Shown piece by piece: positions 52,801 to 64,000 of a stretch of 64,000 nt of DNA. Source of the stretch: Camelus ferus (Eukaryota); NCBI RefSeq assembly GCF_009834535.1, contig NC_045696.1, forward strand, positions 7,380,001 to 7,444,000, read 5' to 3'. Position 1 is the first letter of the stretch, and each line of letters opens with the position of its first letter. The notes under the pieces were generated by a model, which saw nothing but the letters and a program-made list of their open reading frames with translations, was not told the origin of the DNA and ran no database searches. The translations under genes were made by a program, and so were the position numbers.

Positions 52801-53120
52801 AAACAGACCTTAGTTTTAAAAAAGAAATGCACCATGATTTCTTCACACCTATAATTCTATTTTCCCACTAATTCAATTGGGCCTTGCCATTAATCAGTAT
52901 TCCTCCCATAGCCAGTTCCATGTAACTGAAGGTCAGTCTTAGCTAATGGAATTCAAGATCAGTAGACTCAACCAAGACACTCTGGGTGACTTTATAGTTC
53001 TAGTATGCCCAGCCTCCATTTATCATTCTTGTATTTCCTCAGGAGTAAGATGAAGATGATGATAATAGCAGCAGTAGTAATAATGGTGGCAGGCCACACT
53101 TAACCGGGCAATTTTCAGTA

Positions 53121-53296
53121 CAGTTGGCCCTCTGCATCCTCAGATGTGGAACTTGTGCATTCAGAGCAGCATTATTTACAATACACTACATTATTTGCAC
53201 TACACCACTGTGTACAAGGGACTTGAGAATCTGTAGATTTTTGTATCTGTGAGGGAATCCTGGAACCAACCCCCTACAGATACTGAGAGACAACTG
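53121..53296. mobile_element. TcMar-Tigger-type MITE (MER2-like) with TA duplication
   Basis: TA-cagttggccctctgcatc ... gatactgagagacaactg-TA imperfect terminal inverted repeats. Confidence 0.8.
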
Positions 53297-53299
53297 TAC

Positions 53300-53500
53300 T
53301 TCACTTTTCTCAAGTATTAATCTAACCCCACAAAATGGGAGCGATTATTACCCAAATTTTCCAGCTAAGGAACTACAGCACAGAGATGTTAAATAAGTCG
53401 CTCAAGATCGGAACTAGTGTAGAACTGAGCCTGATCTGAACACAGTCAGTCTGACTCCAGGCCTCACATTCTGAACCACTAATGCTACACTGCCTCTCTC
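53300..53500 (-). mobile_element. MIR SINE
   Basis: cacagagatgttaaataagtcgctcaagatc...cagtctgactccag. Confidence 0.65.
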
Positions 53501-53797
53501 GCTATAAATGAGAATTTAACTTGGAACTTAGTCACCAGAAAATAGTTTTAGTTAATCAAGTAAACAATTATAGATAAAATTCATATTCACAACCCTTTTC
53601 TTACATGGCAATTCGCAGAGTTTCTAAAACACTGCAAAAAACAGTCACTTTAATATGTCAGAGAGAATCTGAAATAGGCAACAGTGAGAAAGCCTTTGTT
53701 TAGCCAACAATGCAGTAGCTCACTAACAGAGGCTACACAAACACAGCTCTCCTAACAATGCTGCGTGCTAGTAAAGAAACGTTTCACATAGGATTAC

Positions 53798-53947
53798 CTT
53801 GTTTTCTTCTATGTTCCTTTTCAACTTTTCTTCCAAGTCCCTGGTCTCTTCTGAGCCCTCGTTATTTCTCTGCTCATAATTTTCACGAGCTACCTTAAGC
53901 TGCTCTTGTAAAACCTGGTACTCCTTTTCAATCTGTGAAATATCCCC
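53798..53947 (-). CDS. TTC3: TTC3 coding exon (150 nt, phase 0-0), coiled-coil GDISQIEKEYQVLQEQL...KRNIEENK
   Basis: ttttag acceptor, gtaatc donor, open heptad-like peptide. Confidence 0.92.
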
Positions 53948-56889
53948 CTAAAAGCACAATACAAAATTACCTATTAAAAGTAGTTAAAAATGCCTTTTTC
54001 TGATCTTGTCCTGAACAAGATAAAATAAACAAAGGAGACTATAAGGCAGATGAAAATTCACAAGGGAAATATCACAGTACTTCAAGAATTAAAAACCCCT
54101 TACACTGTTTAGCAAAGCTAGCTCTTAAAAAAAAATTCGTATACTGGAATTCAAAAGGAAACATTTCAAACTGTACTATAATTAGCTCTGAATATTTGTC
54201 TTTGAAGGGTTCAGTATTAAATTAACAGTTTGATGTGAATGACATCCTTCACAATTAACATCAAGAATTATTTATTAGGCTTAAAAACTGTAAATATTAT
54301 TCATATTTTAGATATGAACAGAACATGTTAACTTTGGTCTTACTTTTACAAAGTGTTTCAAATGGATAGTTGCTGATTATTTCAAAAATACAAGTTAAAA
54401 TACTATCAGTGAATTATTTTCAGTTATGTAACTGTCTCCTGGACAGATTTAAAAAAAAGCGAACAGAAGCCATATCGTAATGTGAAATGTTGGCAAACAA
54501 TAAACATCATTTATGTATTTTTTTAAGCCTTTCATACTACTAAGACTGTCAGCAATCACACATTTGTGTCTGAAAGGAGCATCTGTTAGATGCTGGCAAC
54601 TCCTCCCAGCTACAGGTAACTGCTCTACCCAGATACAAGGGGCCTTGGCAGCCAGGCTTCGGAAATCTGTTCCAGTGCACAGACTTGGTCCGTCTTCCCC
54701 ATCTCCCGTACCTCAGCGTCTGCCAAGTGTAAAACGGCAGGGAATCAAGATTCTGAAATTTGTGAATTATCAGTTACAGAACTGTGACCTATGGCCATGG
54801 TGACCATATACGCCCGTTTGCTGTGGAGAGTCCTAGTTTTTGTCTGTCTAGACTGAAAGTTCAGCACTATAAACACAGTCCATGTTTAAATACTCAATTA
54901 CACAACCCACGAGCAAGCTTTTATGGTTTCAGATCTCAGTTATTTCTGTTTTGATTCTCAATTTAGCAAAGGGATCACAATGAATAGCAACTTGTTATTA
55001 TGAATTAAATCATGTGCCCCAGATTGCCAGAGGAGACAGGCAGTGTGTTATATGCCATCTCTGCCATTACACTTAACCTTCACCTCAATTCTGTAAGAAA
55101 TATGTTATTTTCAGTTTTTATAGGTCAGAAAACCAAAGATTAGAGAAGTTAGGCGACTTCTCAAAGTCCCAGGAGAAAGCAGCAGTGCTGGGAATAGCTG
55201 ATAACTCTCACTGCTTAAGAAGCCAGCCATCACCTATGCTAACACCAAGGTCTGGAAAACTAAGAACTAATTTAATAAAATGTCTGTGAATTTTCCCAAC
55301 ACTGATCAAAGTATTAATTCAAGGGTCAAAGACACTGATTCAAGCAACAGCACATACTTGGTTAAAAGCTAAGCACAGTATAAGAAATCAATACCCCTCA
55401 TTCTACTTGGTATACACTCATTGAGGCAAAAATGTTCCCCACAGCACTGTAAGCATGAAAAGCTTTACATAATCTAAATGTTTAAGGATAAGAAACTGGT
55501 CAAATAAATTATCATACCTTCATACAATGGAATACCAAGCATGCATTAAAAATGATGGTAAAGGTCTGTATTTACTGACATGGAAAAAAGTCCACAATCT
55601 ATTAAGACTGAAAGTTTCAAGTACAACATATATGGTACAGTCCCATCTTTTAAAAAACATTGCTTACCCTTTTAAGTGCAAATGTTAAAACAAAGCCTGG
55701 AAGGCTGCACATCAAAATACAAACATAGATGATAGGTATGTAGATGATTTTCAATTTCTCCTTCATAATTTTCAGTATTGTTCATTAACAAAAGTTCGTA
55801 ATTGGCTAAAACTGAAAAGCCATCTGTACAAATAACAGGAGGCAACACAAAATTCTAACCTTACTTCTTCCTACTTAATTACACATCTGATCTTATAAAT
55901 CATTCCTTATCAGAAATGATAGAATTGCTTCATTTTTAAATGACACAGTAATATTCATTATATGGATGTGCCGTAATTCATTTAATTAGTCTAGTATCGA
56001 TGGATATTCAGGTTGTATTCAATTTTTTGTTGACATAAATACAGATAAAACAAATATACAAATATCCTGTTCACCGGTCTCTGTACACATATATGAGAGC
56101 AGGTAAATTCCAAACTGCCTTCCCCAGACATTGACATTTTTATATTCTTTCAATAACGTGTAAGCGATTGTTTTTCTTACTTCATGTGGGGTTGGGCACC
56201 TTTTTATGTGTTTAAAAGTCGTCCATCTTTGTTTTATTGCGGATTGTTACTCCCACCCATTCCCATCTTTGTGTTAGATTATCTTCTTCTTACTAACCTA
56301 CAGAAACTTTGTATGTTAAGCAAGGAAATTAGTTCTCTATCTGTCCTATGCTGTAAATAATTTTTCTAGTTGGTCATGTGTGTTTTGATGTCACATGTAT
56401 GTATATTTGTTCACATATATGTATGTTATGCATAGGTATATGCACATTATATATACCCACATGCATACTTTTTTGTCATGCTGTTCATTAATCCTATGGA
56501 AAAAAGTTCCCTTTTTTCCTGGGTACTTTTCTGGGTCTGTTTTTTTAATATTTAAATCTTTGATCTGCCTGGAATTTATTTTGCTATATGGAAGAGGTAG
56601 GGATTAAAATTAACTTTTTCTAGACGGCAACCTATTTCTCCTAACACCATGTATTTAATAATCTACTTTTTGCTCACCAATAGCTACCATTTTTATTAAA
56701 CCTTGAATTTCCATATTTTGTTCTATTGTTCTCTTATTCTAATGGGCTATTTATGTGCTAACATAGATTTATATTATGTTTTGATATCTAGCTGCACGAC
56801 TCCCCTTTACAGTTTTTTCCATGGGCATTCCTGGTATTTGTTTCTCCGTATGAAGTTTAGAATCAATTTGTCCAGTTTCAAATAAATTC

Positions 56890-57362
56890 TGTGCAGCAGC
56901 CAGCCACCAAGGTGGCCCCCAAGATCCTTGCCTCTTGGCATCATGCCATTGCATAATCCTCTCCCACAATGTTGGTGGGTTGGTCAGTATGACCAACAGG
57001 AGAAGCAATACACTGTGACTTCCTAAAGCAGGTCATGAAAACCATTGCTACTTCTGCCTTGGATCACCTATTCTGTGGAAAGCCAGGCCCCAGCAGGACA
57101 CTTAAGCAGCCCAAGGCGGAGGTCCACAGGCAAGGGACTGAAGGCTTTTGCCAACAGCCAGCACCAATTTGCCAGGCATGTGAGTGAGCCGTCCTGGCAG
57201 CAGAACCTTGGATCCCAGTTATTCCTGCACATGACTGACCATGATCAGCATTTTGACTGCAACTCAAGAGATACCTGGAACCATCGAGCTAAACTGCTCC
57301 TCCATCCCTGACTTGCAGAAATTGTGAGGTCATTTGTTATGCAGCAACAGATAACTAATACA
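56890..57362. mobile_element. MaLR solo LTR (MLT1-type)
   Basis: tgtg start; ttgccaggcatgtgagtgagcc; tttgttatgcagcaacagataactaataca end. Confidence 0.8.
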
Positions 57363-57559
57363 TTCTGTTCATGTTTGTACTGAGATTGTGTTAAATTAAA
57401 AGCCCTAGAGAGAACCAATTTTTTGTTATGTTTAAAGCTAATTCCATGATAACGTTTTGTATGGAGTAACTGGCTTGAAAGAGTTCTAAGTTCGTCTTTC
57501 CCATCTAGTTAAACTAATGAAAATAAACCTTTAAATAGTTTAATATAATTATGACTCAC

Positions 57560-57625
57560 CTGTTGTGCCTCAAAAGGATCATATGGCTCAGTATTGACTT
57601 CCTGATGTGTTGTATTCCAAGACAC
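57560..57625 (-). CDS. TTC3: TTC3 coding exon (66 nt, phase 0-0), VSWNTTHQEVNTEPYDPFEAQQ
   Basis: ccaaag acceptor, gtgagt donor, in frame. Confidence 0.92.
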
Positions 57626-58539
57626 CTTTGGAGTAAAACTAAACACTTAAATTCAATCTATCTCAGCTGCTCTAGTAAAATAAATCCATCGTGTAACAAC
57701 ATTCTGAAACATTACCATAATTTTTTAAAAGGTTTTTTTGGGCCAGTTTAGATAGGGTCTACACTTACTAAAAATATATGTATTAGGAAAGAGCAATCAT
57801 TTAGAATTAGTAAAAATGAAAATGATTTTGGTTCATTGCTCTTAACATATTTTTTCAAAGCTTTTTAGAAAACAAAAAACTTAGAGTAGGGGGATAATCC
57901 AGTAAGAATTTAATGAATTCATGCCTTATAAAGCTAACTATAAACCAACCTTAACTTATCCTCGTGCTTGTTAGGAAGGATCTTTTATTCACATTCCTCT
58001 TGTTTCCTTCCATCTGACTGTCTCTTTTAACTCCCTCACTCCTCCCCTAGTTTTATAGGACAAATTGGGCAGATGTAGTCCACACTCTAATTTTTTTCTT
58101 TCTCTTGGGAATTGCCTATACAGAAAGCACATTTTCCCTTCCTTCTCCATGCAATACATCAATAAGTCTTAGGAGGCAGGCACTCAAGTTCAGAGGCTTC
58201 CTAGGCCAGCTCTAAACTAGGTGAGGAAGCTGGTATGCCACGGGCTTCACTGTTAGGACATGCACTCTCTACGGAAACAGCCACGTTATTAAGGTGATGT
58301 TTGGGCTCCATCTGCTGAGTCCACTATCTTACTTCTCAACTGGTGCAAAATCTGAATAGGGAAGAAGGGTATTATTTACTAAACCCTAAAATTCCTTCTG
58401 ACATTATCTGTCATGCCCTACAAAAGGGTTCATGAAGTCCATCATTTTAAAGAATTTTAGAAATATAATGGCAATGAAAAGTGAAGAGGAAAATTTAACT
58501 TCAGTATTAAAGAAGACCTTTTTCTATTTTTAATCTTAC

Positions 58540-59587
58540 CTGTATGGCAACCATTTGTGTACGTGGAGTATCTGTTACTTCATTGGTGCTTTCCAGATTT
58601 ACTTCCCACTTGGCAGAATTTCCACAATGACCATCACTTCTGCTAGACTCACTCTGGGCTGTGTTAGCATCATCAGTGATGCACGGTGACTTAACTGGTA
58701 TTTCCAAAGAGTCCTGGCAGATCTGTGTTTCAGAGGCAATCTGGTTACCAGGGGCATTCTCAGAACTGAAATGCTGACCCTCAAAATGCACATCTGCTAT
58801 GTCGCTGGCTACAAAAGATGTCACCACTGGTACTGATCTCTGCAGCTGATATTCAGAAGGAATGTTGGCCAGAGGGGTATAGATGCTGTACTGGGGCAAA
58901 CTTGGTAACACGTTTATAAACGCTGGTGGTGTCTGGGTAATGTCAAATCCCCGAAAGGGAAGATATGTACAGTATCCTGTGACCAAATGGGGTTGAGTCC
59001 AATAGGTTGGTTTCATATCCTCAGGAACTGGTTTGGGAGAATTACAGGAGACCTGTTTGTGACTTGCCTCCTCAGAGACTAGTTTGGGAGATTCTGAAGA
59101 AACCCCGTTGGGCTTCTCATCATCAGAAACTGATCTGGAAGAATTATCAGAAATCGGTTTCGGCTTTACAGCTTCACAAGCTGGTTGTGGAGAATTAGTA
59201 GATGTAGGTTTGGGCTTTACATCCTCAGAAGCTGGTGCTGAAGATAAATCAGACACTGGTTTGGATTTTACATCTGGTTTAAATTCCCTAGCGGTTGGAT
59301 TCAGTGGTAACTTAACTCGTAAATACTCTCCTGTTCTTGAAATTTCTTCAACTTTTGTCTTAATGTTTTTCTTCTTTCTCTTTTTCTTAAGCCGTAACGC
59401 AACTTTCTTCAATGCAATACAGTTGTCAATCACAACAAAACGAGGACATCCCAGGAGAAAAGATTTCAAACCTCCTGCTTTTTCTAGTATCTGTCGAGTT
59501 TCTTCTGGGAAGAACTCATATTCTTCAGAAAACATCTTATTACTCATGTCCAAGGGACCATGTTCCTCCAGCAACTGAGAGAAATAA
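58540..59587 (-). CDS. TTC3: TTC3 large coding exon (1048 nt, phase 2-0), YFSQLLEEHGPLDMSNKMF...TQMVAIQ
   Basis: 355-aa ORF 58507..59574 matches TTC3 (LEEHGPLDMSNKMF, LKKKRKKKNIKTKVEE); ttccaag acceptor at 59588-59589, gtaaga donor at 58534-58539. Confidence 0.96.
59008..59274 (-). repeat. Degenerate 51-nt (17-aa) coding tandem repeat, 5 units plus a partial sixth, inside the TTC3 large exon
   Basis: DVKSKPVSDLSSAPASE / DVKPKPTSTNSPQPACE / AVKPKPISDNSSRSVSD / DEKPNGVSSESPKLVSE / EASHKQVSCNSPKPVPE / DMKP. Confidence 0.85.
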
Positions 59588-61218
59588 CTTGGAAAAAATT
59601 TACATTTACCTAAGTTATTATATGGAAGTACTTATACATGTTTATTTGAAAAAAAAAAATTTCTCCCAAATTCTCTGAAAGCAAATACTACTGCATTTCT
59701 AACTGACCTCAACACCTCCCCAACAAACGTATTATACTCAGACTAAATCTAAGAAGGCTAAATGCAAATACATGATACTATAAAACAAAATTTTGTTTAC
59801 CCTTCAGAAAATAATTCTTTAAAAATTTTTCAGGAAAAAAGAGAATAAAAAAATATTTTATATGTTTCAATTAAATCTATTTAAAAAGCAATGAAAAGCA
59901 AGAAAACATTCAATAAAAATAGCAAGACCATCAAATGAGAAAAGGAAATCAAATTTCAAAAGTCCTACTGGAATTTCCATATAGTAAATCTATTAACATA
60001 TTTCTGTTTAAGAATATGCAATGATTCAGAAGTACTGAAATCAACCGGTCTCATCAATAAATCAACACAGTGCAGGATCACATCCACAGTAATGGGGCCA
60101 ATCCCTTAATCTGCCTCCATCTGCAGACTGGGTTTGTTCACTCCAGCTCTGGGGCTATGCTCTTTACCAATTTTTGTGTCAGGTTCAAATAGGCTTTCTT
60201 TTTCATTTGAATTTGGTATTCAGTCTCTTAACATTGGCATAACCAGCAAGAAAGACACATACCATGCACCACTAAGAAAGCTTTTTCAAGAGCAAAAACC
60301 TCCAAAGGAACCTTCTAAGTAAATGAATGCTAACTAGGAAGACAACTTATTTAGGAAGAAGGTAAAAGCAATACTTCTTTGAAGCAAAAGAAACCCACTT
60401 TTATGTGTAGATGCTGCTGCACATAAATACACAGGACAACTTTACAAGTGATTAATGTCTATTCAAAGCACTGATCCACTGATGCACTGAAACATGAAGG
60501 CCAAATGCCACTTCTCTGTCTACACTGCTGGTCTAAATACTTAAAAGTCATCAGTCTCTTTCAAAGTGTTTTTTTGATAAGTATTTTCCCCTTAGAATGA
60601 TCTCCACAACTGAAACTCCCCTACATCCATGATGTTTTGCAAGGCAACAGGTTAAATATGCCTCTGCCTTAAGATGCTCATCACACTTAATTTTTAACGA
60701 GAAATCTCTTAAAAGGAAAGGGTTGAGCAAGGGTGAGGTAAAAAGAAACAAATCATTGTGGTCTCAGGAACAATAATCCTTGTTTCCTTGTTGAGGATTT
60801 TGGCTGACTAGTATAAATAACACCAGCCCCATCATCTGTCCTAAGAGAGACAATGAGATCAAATAATCAATCAATCCTTGTCAAATGTGTATCTTGGAAT
60901 TCATGACAAAAGATTACAGCTGGAAACTTTATCAGTCCTATCAGGCCAAAGCAGGACAGTTTTGGAAATAGAAAGTATCTACATTAGCAGCTCAAACTGA
61001 CAAGACTAATAATCATTAGGAGTCTAAATTTAATAATTAAAAATCCTCAATTAGCTTTGGGCAACACATGACAAAAGCCATAAAAATACTTCTCTTCCCC
61101 AGAGTTTGTGAGCCAATCAGTGATTCCTTTAACAAACATAAGGGACACAAATTAAACAACTTAAGATCTTTAGCCAACAGCCTCGGTATAATAGTTGTAG
61201 GAGTATTAAACAACTTAC

Positions 61219-61386
61219 TCATAAAGAGTTGAACATTTTTGTTTTGGGTTAATGTCCCACAGCTTCTTATTACGAACAACATATTCATTACTACTATGCT
61301 GTTCATACAGAGCTTCAAATTCTTCTACATCTTGCCGAAGATGGTCAGGCACTACAAACGGGCCTGCAGAATTTGAATTGCGTTTG
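61219..61386 (-). CDS. TTC3: TTC3 coding exon (168 nt, phase 2-2), KRNSNSAGPFVVPDHLRQDVEEFEALYEQHSSNEYVVRNKKLWDINPKQKCSTLY(D)
   Basis: aaacag acceptor, gtaagt donor; recognisable TTC3 peptide. Confidence 0.93.
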
Positions 61387-61784
61387 CTGTTTACAAAGAG
61401 AAAAGAAAAAGAAAAAAAAAATCTGTGAATAACAAGCTTTTAGGTGACCCAGAATAACATCAAAATTGAAATAAAGATAGTGAACATATTACTCAGCTTT
61501 AGGATGCAAAAAAACACTACCAGATAATTTAATGCAGAAAAGTTACCTTTCCACAATAATAATCAAGAGATCTATGTACCTGACTACTGAGTAAGCACTT
61601 TTAATTACTTGCTCTTGCTACCAAGGGCAAAAATTTTTTAACTCCTGGTTTTAAAAGAATTAGTGCTACATTAAAATTTTTACTATAACTGCTGTCAACT
61701 TAAAGTGAGACTGAGACTGGTAAAGGGTTCTTAATAAAAAGGTTTTTTTTAAAGAGTGTAAGATTTTAGCACTCTAAAAAGGTT

Positions 61785-62055
61785 AGTAGTTTCAGTGTGG
61801 GCTCTCAACTAGATTGCTGGCTTTAAATTCTGGCTCTGCCATGTACAAGCTTTGTGTCCTTGGGCACGACAGGCTTGACACTAAACAGCACTGTGCCTGA
61901 GCTTCCTTATCTGTAAAATGGACATAGTAGAAGTACTTATCTCCTACGGTGGAAGAGTGGATTAAATGAGTTTATACATGTGAAGCTCTAGGAATACTGC
62001 CTGGTACATAAATGCCTGGTACATGAGTGTATCCAAGTATAGGCTATTGTTACTT
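61785..62055 (+). mobile_element. MIR SINE
   Basis: ctggctctgcca...tgtgtccttgggca...ttccttatctgtaaaatgg. Confidence 0.75.
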
Positions 62056-62670
62056 TAACTTAAAACAACTGCTCCATTTAAAGGATTTGGAAAATGTGCA
62101 AAACAACTGTTATTACAACTCATGTAAGAAATGTAGGGGGAAAAGTTTTGTGGGTTTTTGGTCCACAAAGGAATATGATATAAAAAGGTCACTGCTATTC
62201 ACTAATTTTATTTCTTCTAGTGTCTACCTGTTTTTTTAAAACTCAGTTTCAACAACCAGATGCCACTGGAAATCACTAAAATCTAAGGTTAAATCATAAC
62301 ATATATGCCTCTAAAACATCTATCTAGTAATTATCACTATGACTCTTCATTAAACATTTTAAAGAGTATTTTCTAGGATTTTCCCACAGTATCTTGCACA
62401 TAGCAGGTTCTCAAACTTATCAAATGAATGTCATCAGCCCTGTGATTTTAATGTAGTTTATATGAATTCTTAACATTCTTAAGTCATGCTATAAATTCAA
62501 CCAAGATGGTGTCATAATTACATCAGGTTTGTCATAACAGATGCACATCTTTAGACAATGAAGCAAGGGAAGTAAGACCCAAGTTTAAAGTACATTAAGT
62601 ACATTAATACCACTTTTTAAGTTAAAACACTTGAGTTAAAATAAAACAAAAAATCTTAAATTGTACTTAC

Positions 62671-62744
62671 TTATGGTCTTCACCGGAAGTGACAGTCTCA
62701 TTATTTGCTGTTACTGAAGTTGTTCCAGATCCAACTAACATAGG
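62671..62744 (-). CDS. TTC3: TTC3 coding exon (74 nt, phase 0-2), PMLVGSGTTSVTANNETVTSGEDH(N)
   Basis: aaccag acceptor, gtaagt donor, phases fit both neighbours. Confidence 0.9.
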
Positions 62745-63289
62745 CTGGTTTAAAAGACAGAAAAATGACAATGATTTGCTACCTTAAAATTACCATTAAA
62801 ACTGAAAAATGCTTAAATAAATATGCATGCAAATTGCCAATAATATGACTTATCTAAATATTCTTGTGAACAGGAACATACAGTAATAAAGTTTCAAGAG
62901 CCATAAACAGGCACAAATTCACATTTAGGAGGCTTCCAATGCTCAAAAAAAATTTTAAATTATCACTCAAACTCCTATTTTAGATAAGACATATAGTCAA
63001 AGATAAAAAGAAAAGTTTTATTGGAACTTATAAAGCTGCACTCATCCTCCCCTAACATTTGTTCACTTTCCCAACTCCTGCCTCATATCTGACTCCCAAA
63101 TACACAAGCACTGTGAAGAACCCACCGTAAGACTTAAAAGTAACACCTAGTTGTCTCATGGACTTGAAGTAGAGCCTTAGGTGAGAAGAAGGGAGCCTAT
63201 CAGTCCTGAGACTCTGTCATGATGATTAGTATTCATCATCTTTATTTTGAATATTTTAGATAATAACTCTATGAGTTATTAATAGTAAG

Positions 63290-63440
63290 TACCATGTCTT
63301 ATCATACAGATGATGACACTAGGGTAGAAGGAAGTCAAGCAACTTGGCAAAGATCACAGAGATAATAAAAATAATAATTGATAAACCAAGGTAAGATCTC
63401 AGGTCTGCCTGAGCCTAAAGCAGCCTTGGCCACTCTGCTC
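63290..63440 (-). mobile_element. MIR SINE fragment
   Basis: acagatgatgacact...gaagtcaagcaacttggcaaagatcacag. Confidence 0.55.
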
Positions 63441-63712
63441 TATGACCAGCCATACAAAGCCCTACATTATGACAATGACTTCACTAGGAAATACCTAGAA
63501 AATAAAAAAGATGATAAAGATAAGTGTGTCTTTTAAGAATTATTTATATATGATATGAACTTTAAACTTCCTGGAAATGTGGAAGACCAACACATCTTTA
63601 AAGCCTAGAAAGTCTATAAAATGCTTCAAAATGTTCCAAGAATTGGTTAATTCTAATTTATATATTCAATTAATCACTTTAGACAAGAAATAATACAGAA
63701 AATACTCCATAC

Positions 63713-63769
63713 CTTTGAATCTTTTGGCTTCTTTTTCTTGCCTTTGTTTTTTATCTTGGTAGAGTTAAA
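63713..63769 (-). CDS. TTC3: TTC3 internal coding exon (57 nt, phase 0-0), FNSTKIKNKGKKKKPKDSK; first TTC3 exon inside the window
   Basis: ttttag acceptor, gtatgg donor, open frame in phase with the next exon; lysine-rich peptide matches TTC3 as I recall it. Confidence 0.88.
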
Positions 63770-64000
63770 CTAAAACATAGGGAAAAAATTGCTGAATACT
63801 CAAATAACAGTATTATGAAGCTGCCATATATTATAAAGATACTATACTGATTTTCATAGACTACTCCAAAGTTCAGTTGCATAAAATGTTTAACAAAAAT
63901 AACACTGTGTTAGCCCTAGTGTACTGATGTATAATAGATAATAAGAAAAAGTTTAACAATGACTAATGTTATAGCTAAAGTTAAACCTTGTTGAAAATGA

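Noticed and set aside
59575..59576. tctcag as the acceptor of the large exon
   Set aside because: Would be phase 0, but the upstream exon ends in phase 2; the acceptor at 59588-59589 restores DYFSQ
59084..59578. 164-aa plus-strand ORF
   Set aside because: Antisense shadow of the TTC3 large exon
60100..60240. Short lysine-rich open stretch on the minus strand between two TTC3 exons
   Set aside because: No convincing splice sites, ends in a stop, and the flanking exons already join in phase
1..64000. CRISPR array, operon or other prokaryote-type system
   Set aside because: Sequence is intron-containing mammalian DNA with no repeat-spacer array or dense coding

Overview
Mammalian genomic DNA, most likely a camelid (tRNA-Ala-derived Vic-1-like SINE and camelid-type L1 3' ends). 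The right 36 kb holds the 3' half of TTC3 (TPR/RING-H2 E3 ubiquitin ligase) on the minus strand. I traced 17 coding exons by hand from 63769 down to the TAG stop at 28466-28468, followed by a 3' UTR of about 1.4 kb; the 5' part of the gene lies beyond the right edge. All junctions are in phase except one: the exon just before the RING domain carries an apparent extra base, so its plausible donors are out of frame with the RING exons. This is either an assembly error or a real loss or rewiring of the ligase domain. The next intron contains a strong-looking 70-nt cassette exon with stops in all three frames. Another exon uses a weak GC donor, and the RING has Cys at a normally aromatic position. 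The left 27 kb is intergenic: nested L1 copies with readable target-site duplications (TSDs), MIR, L2, MaLR and DNA transposon relics, and a small GC-box/CpG-rich patch. I see no prokaryote-style system and no second protein-coding gene. Repeat boundaries and subfamily names are by eye and approximate; comparisons with human or mouse TTC3 are from memory.
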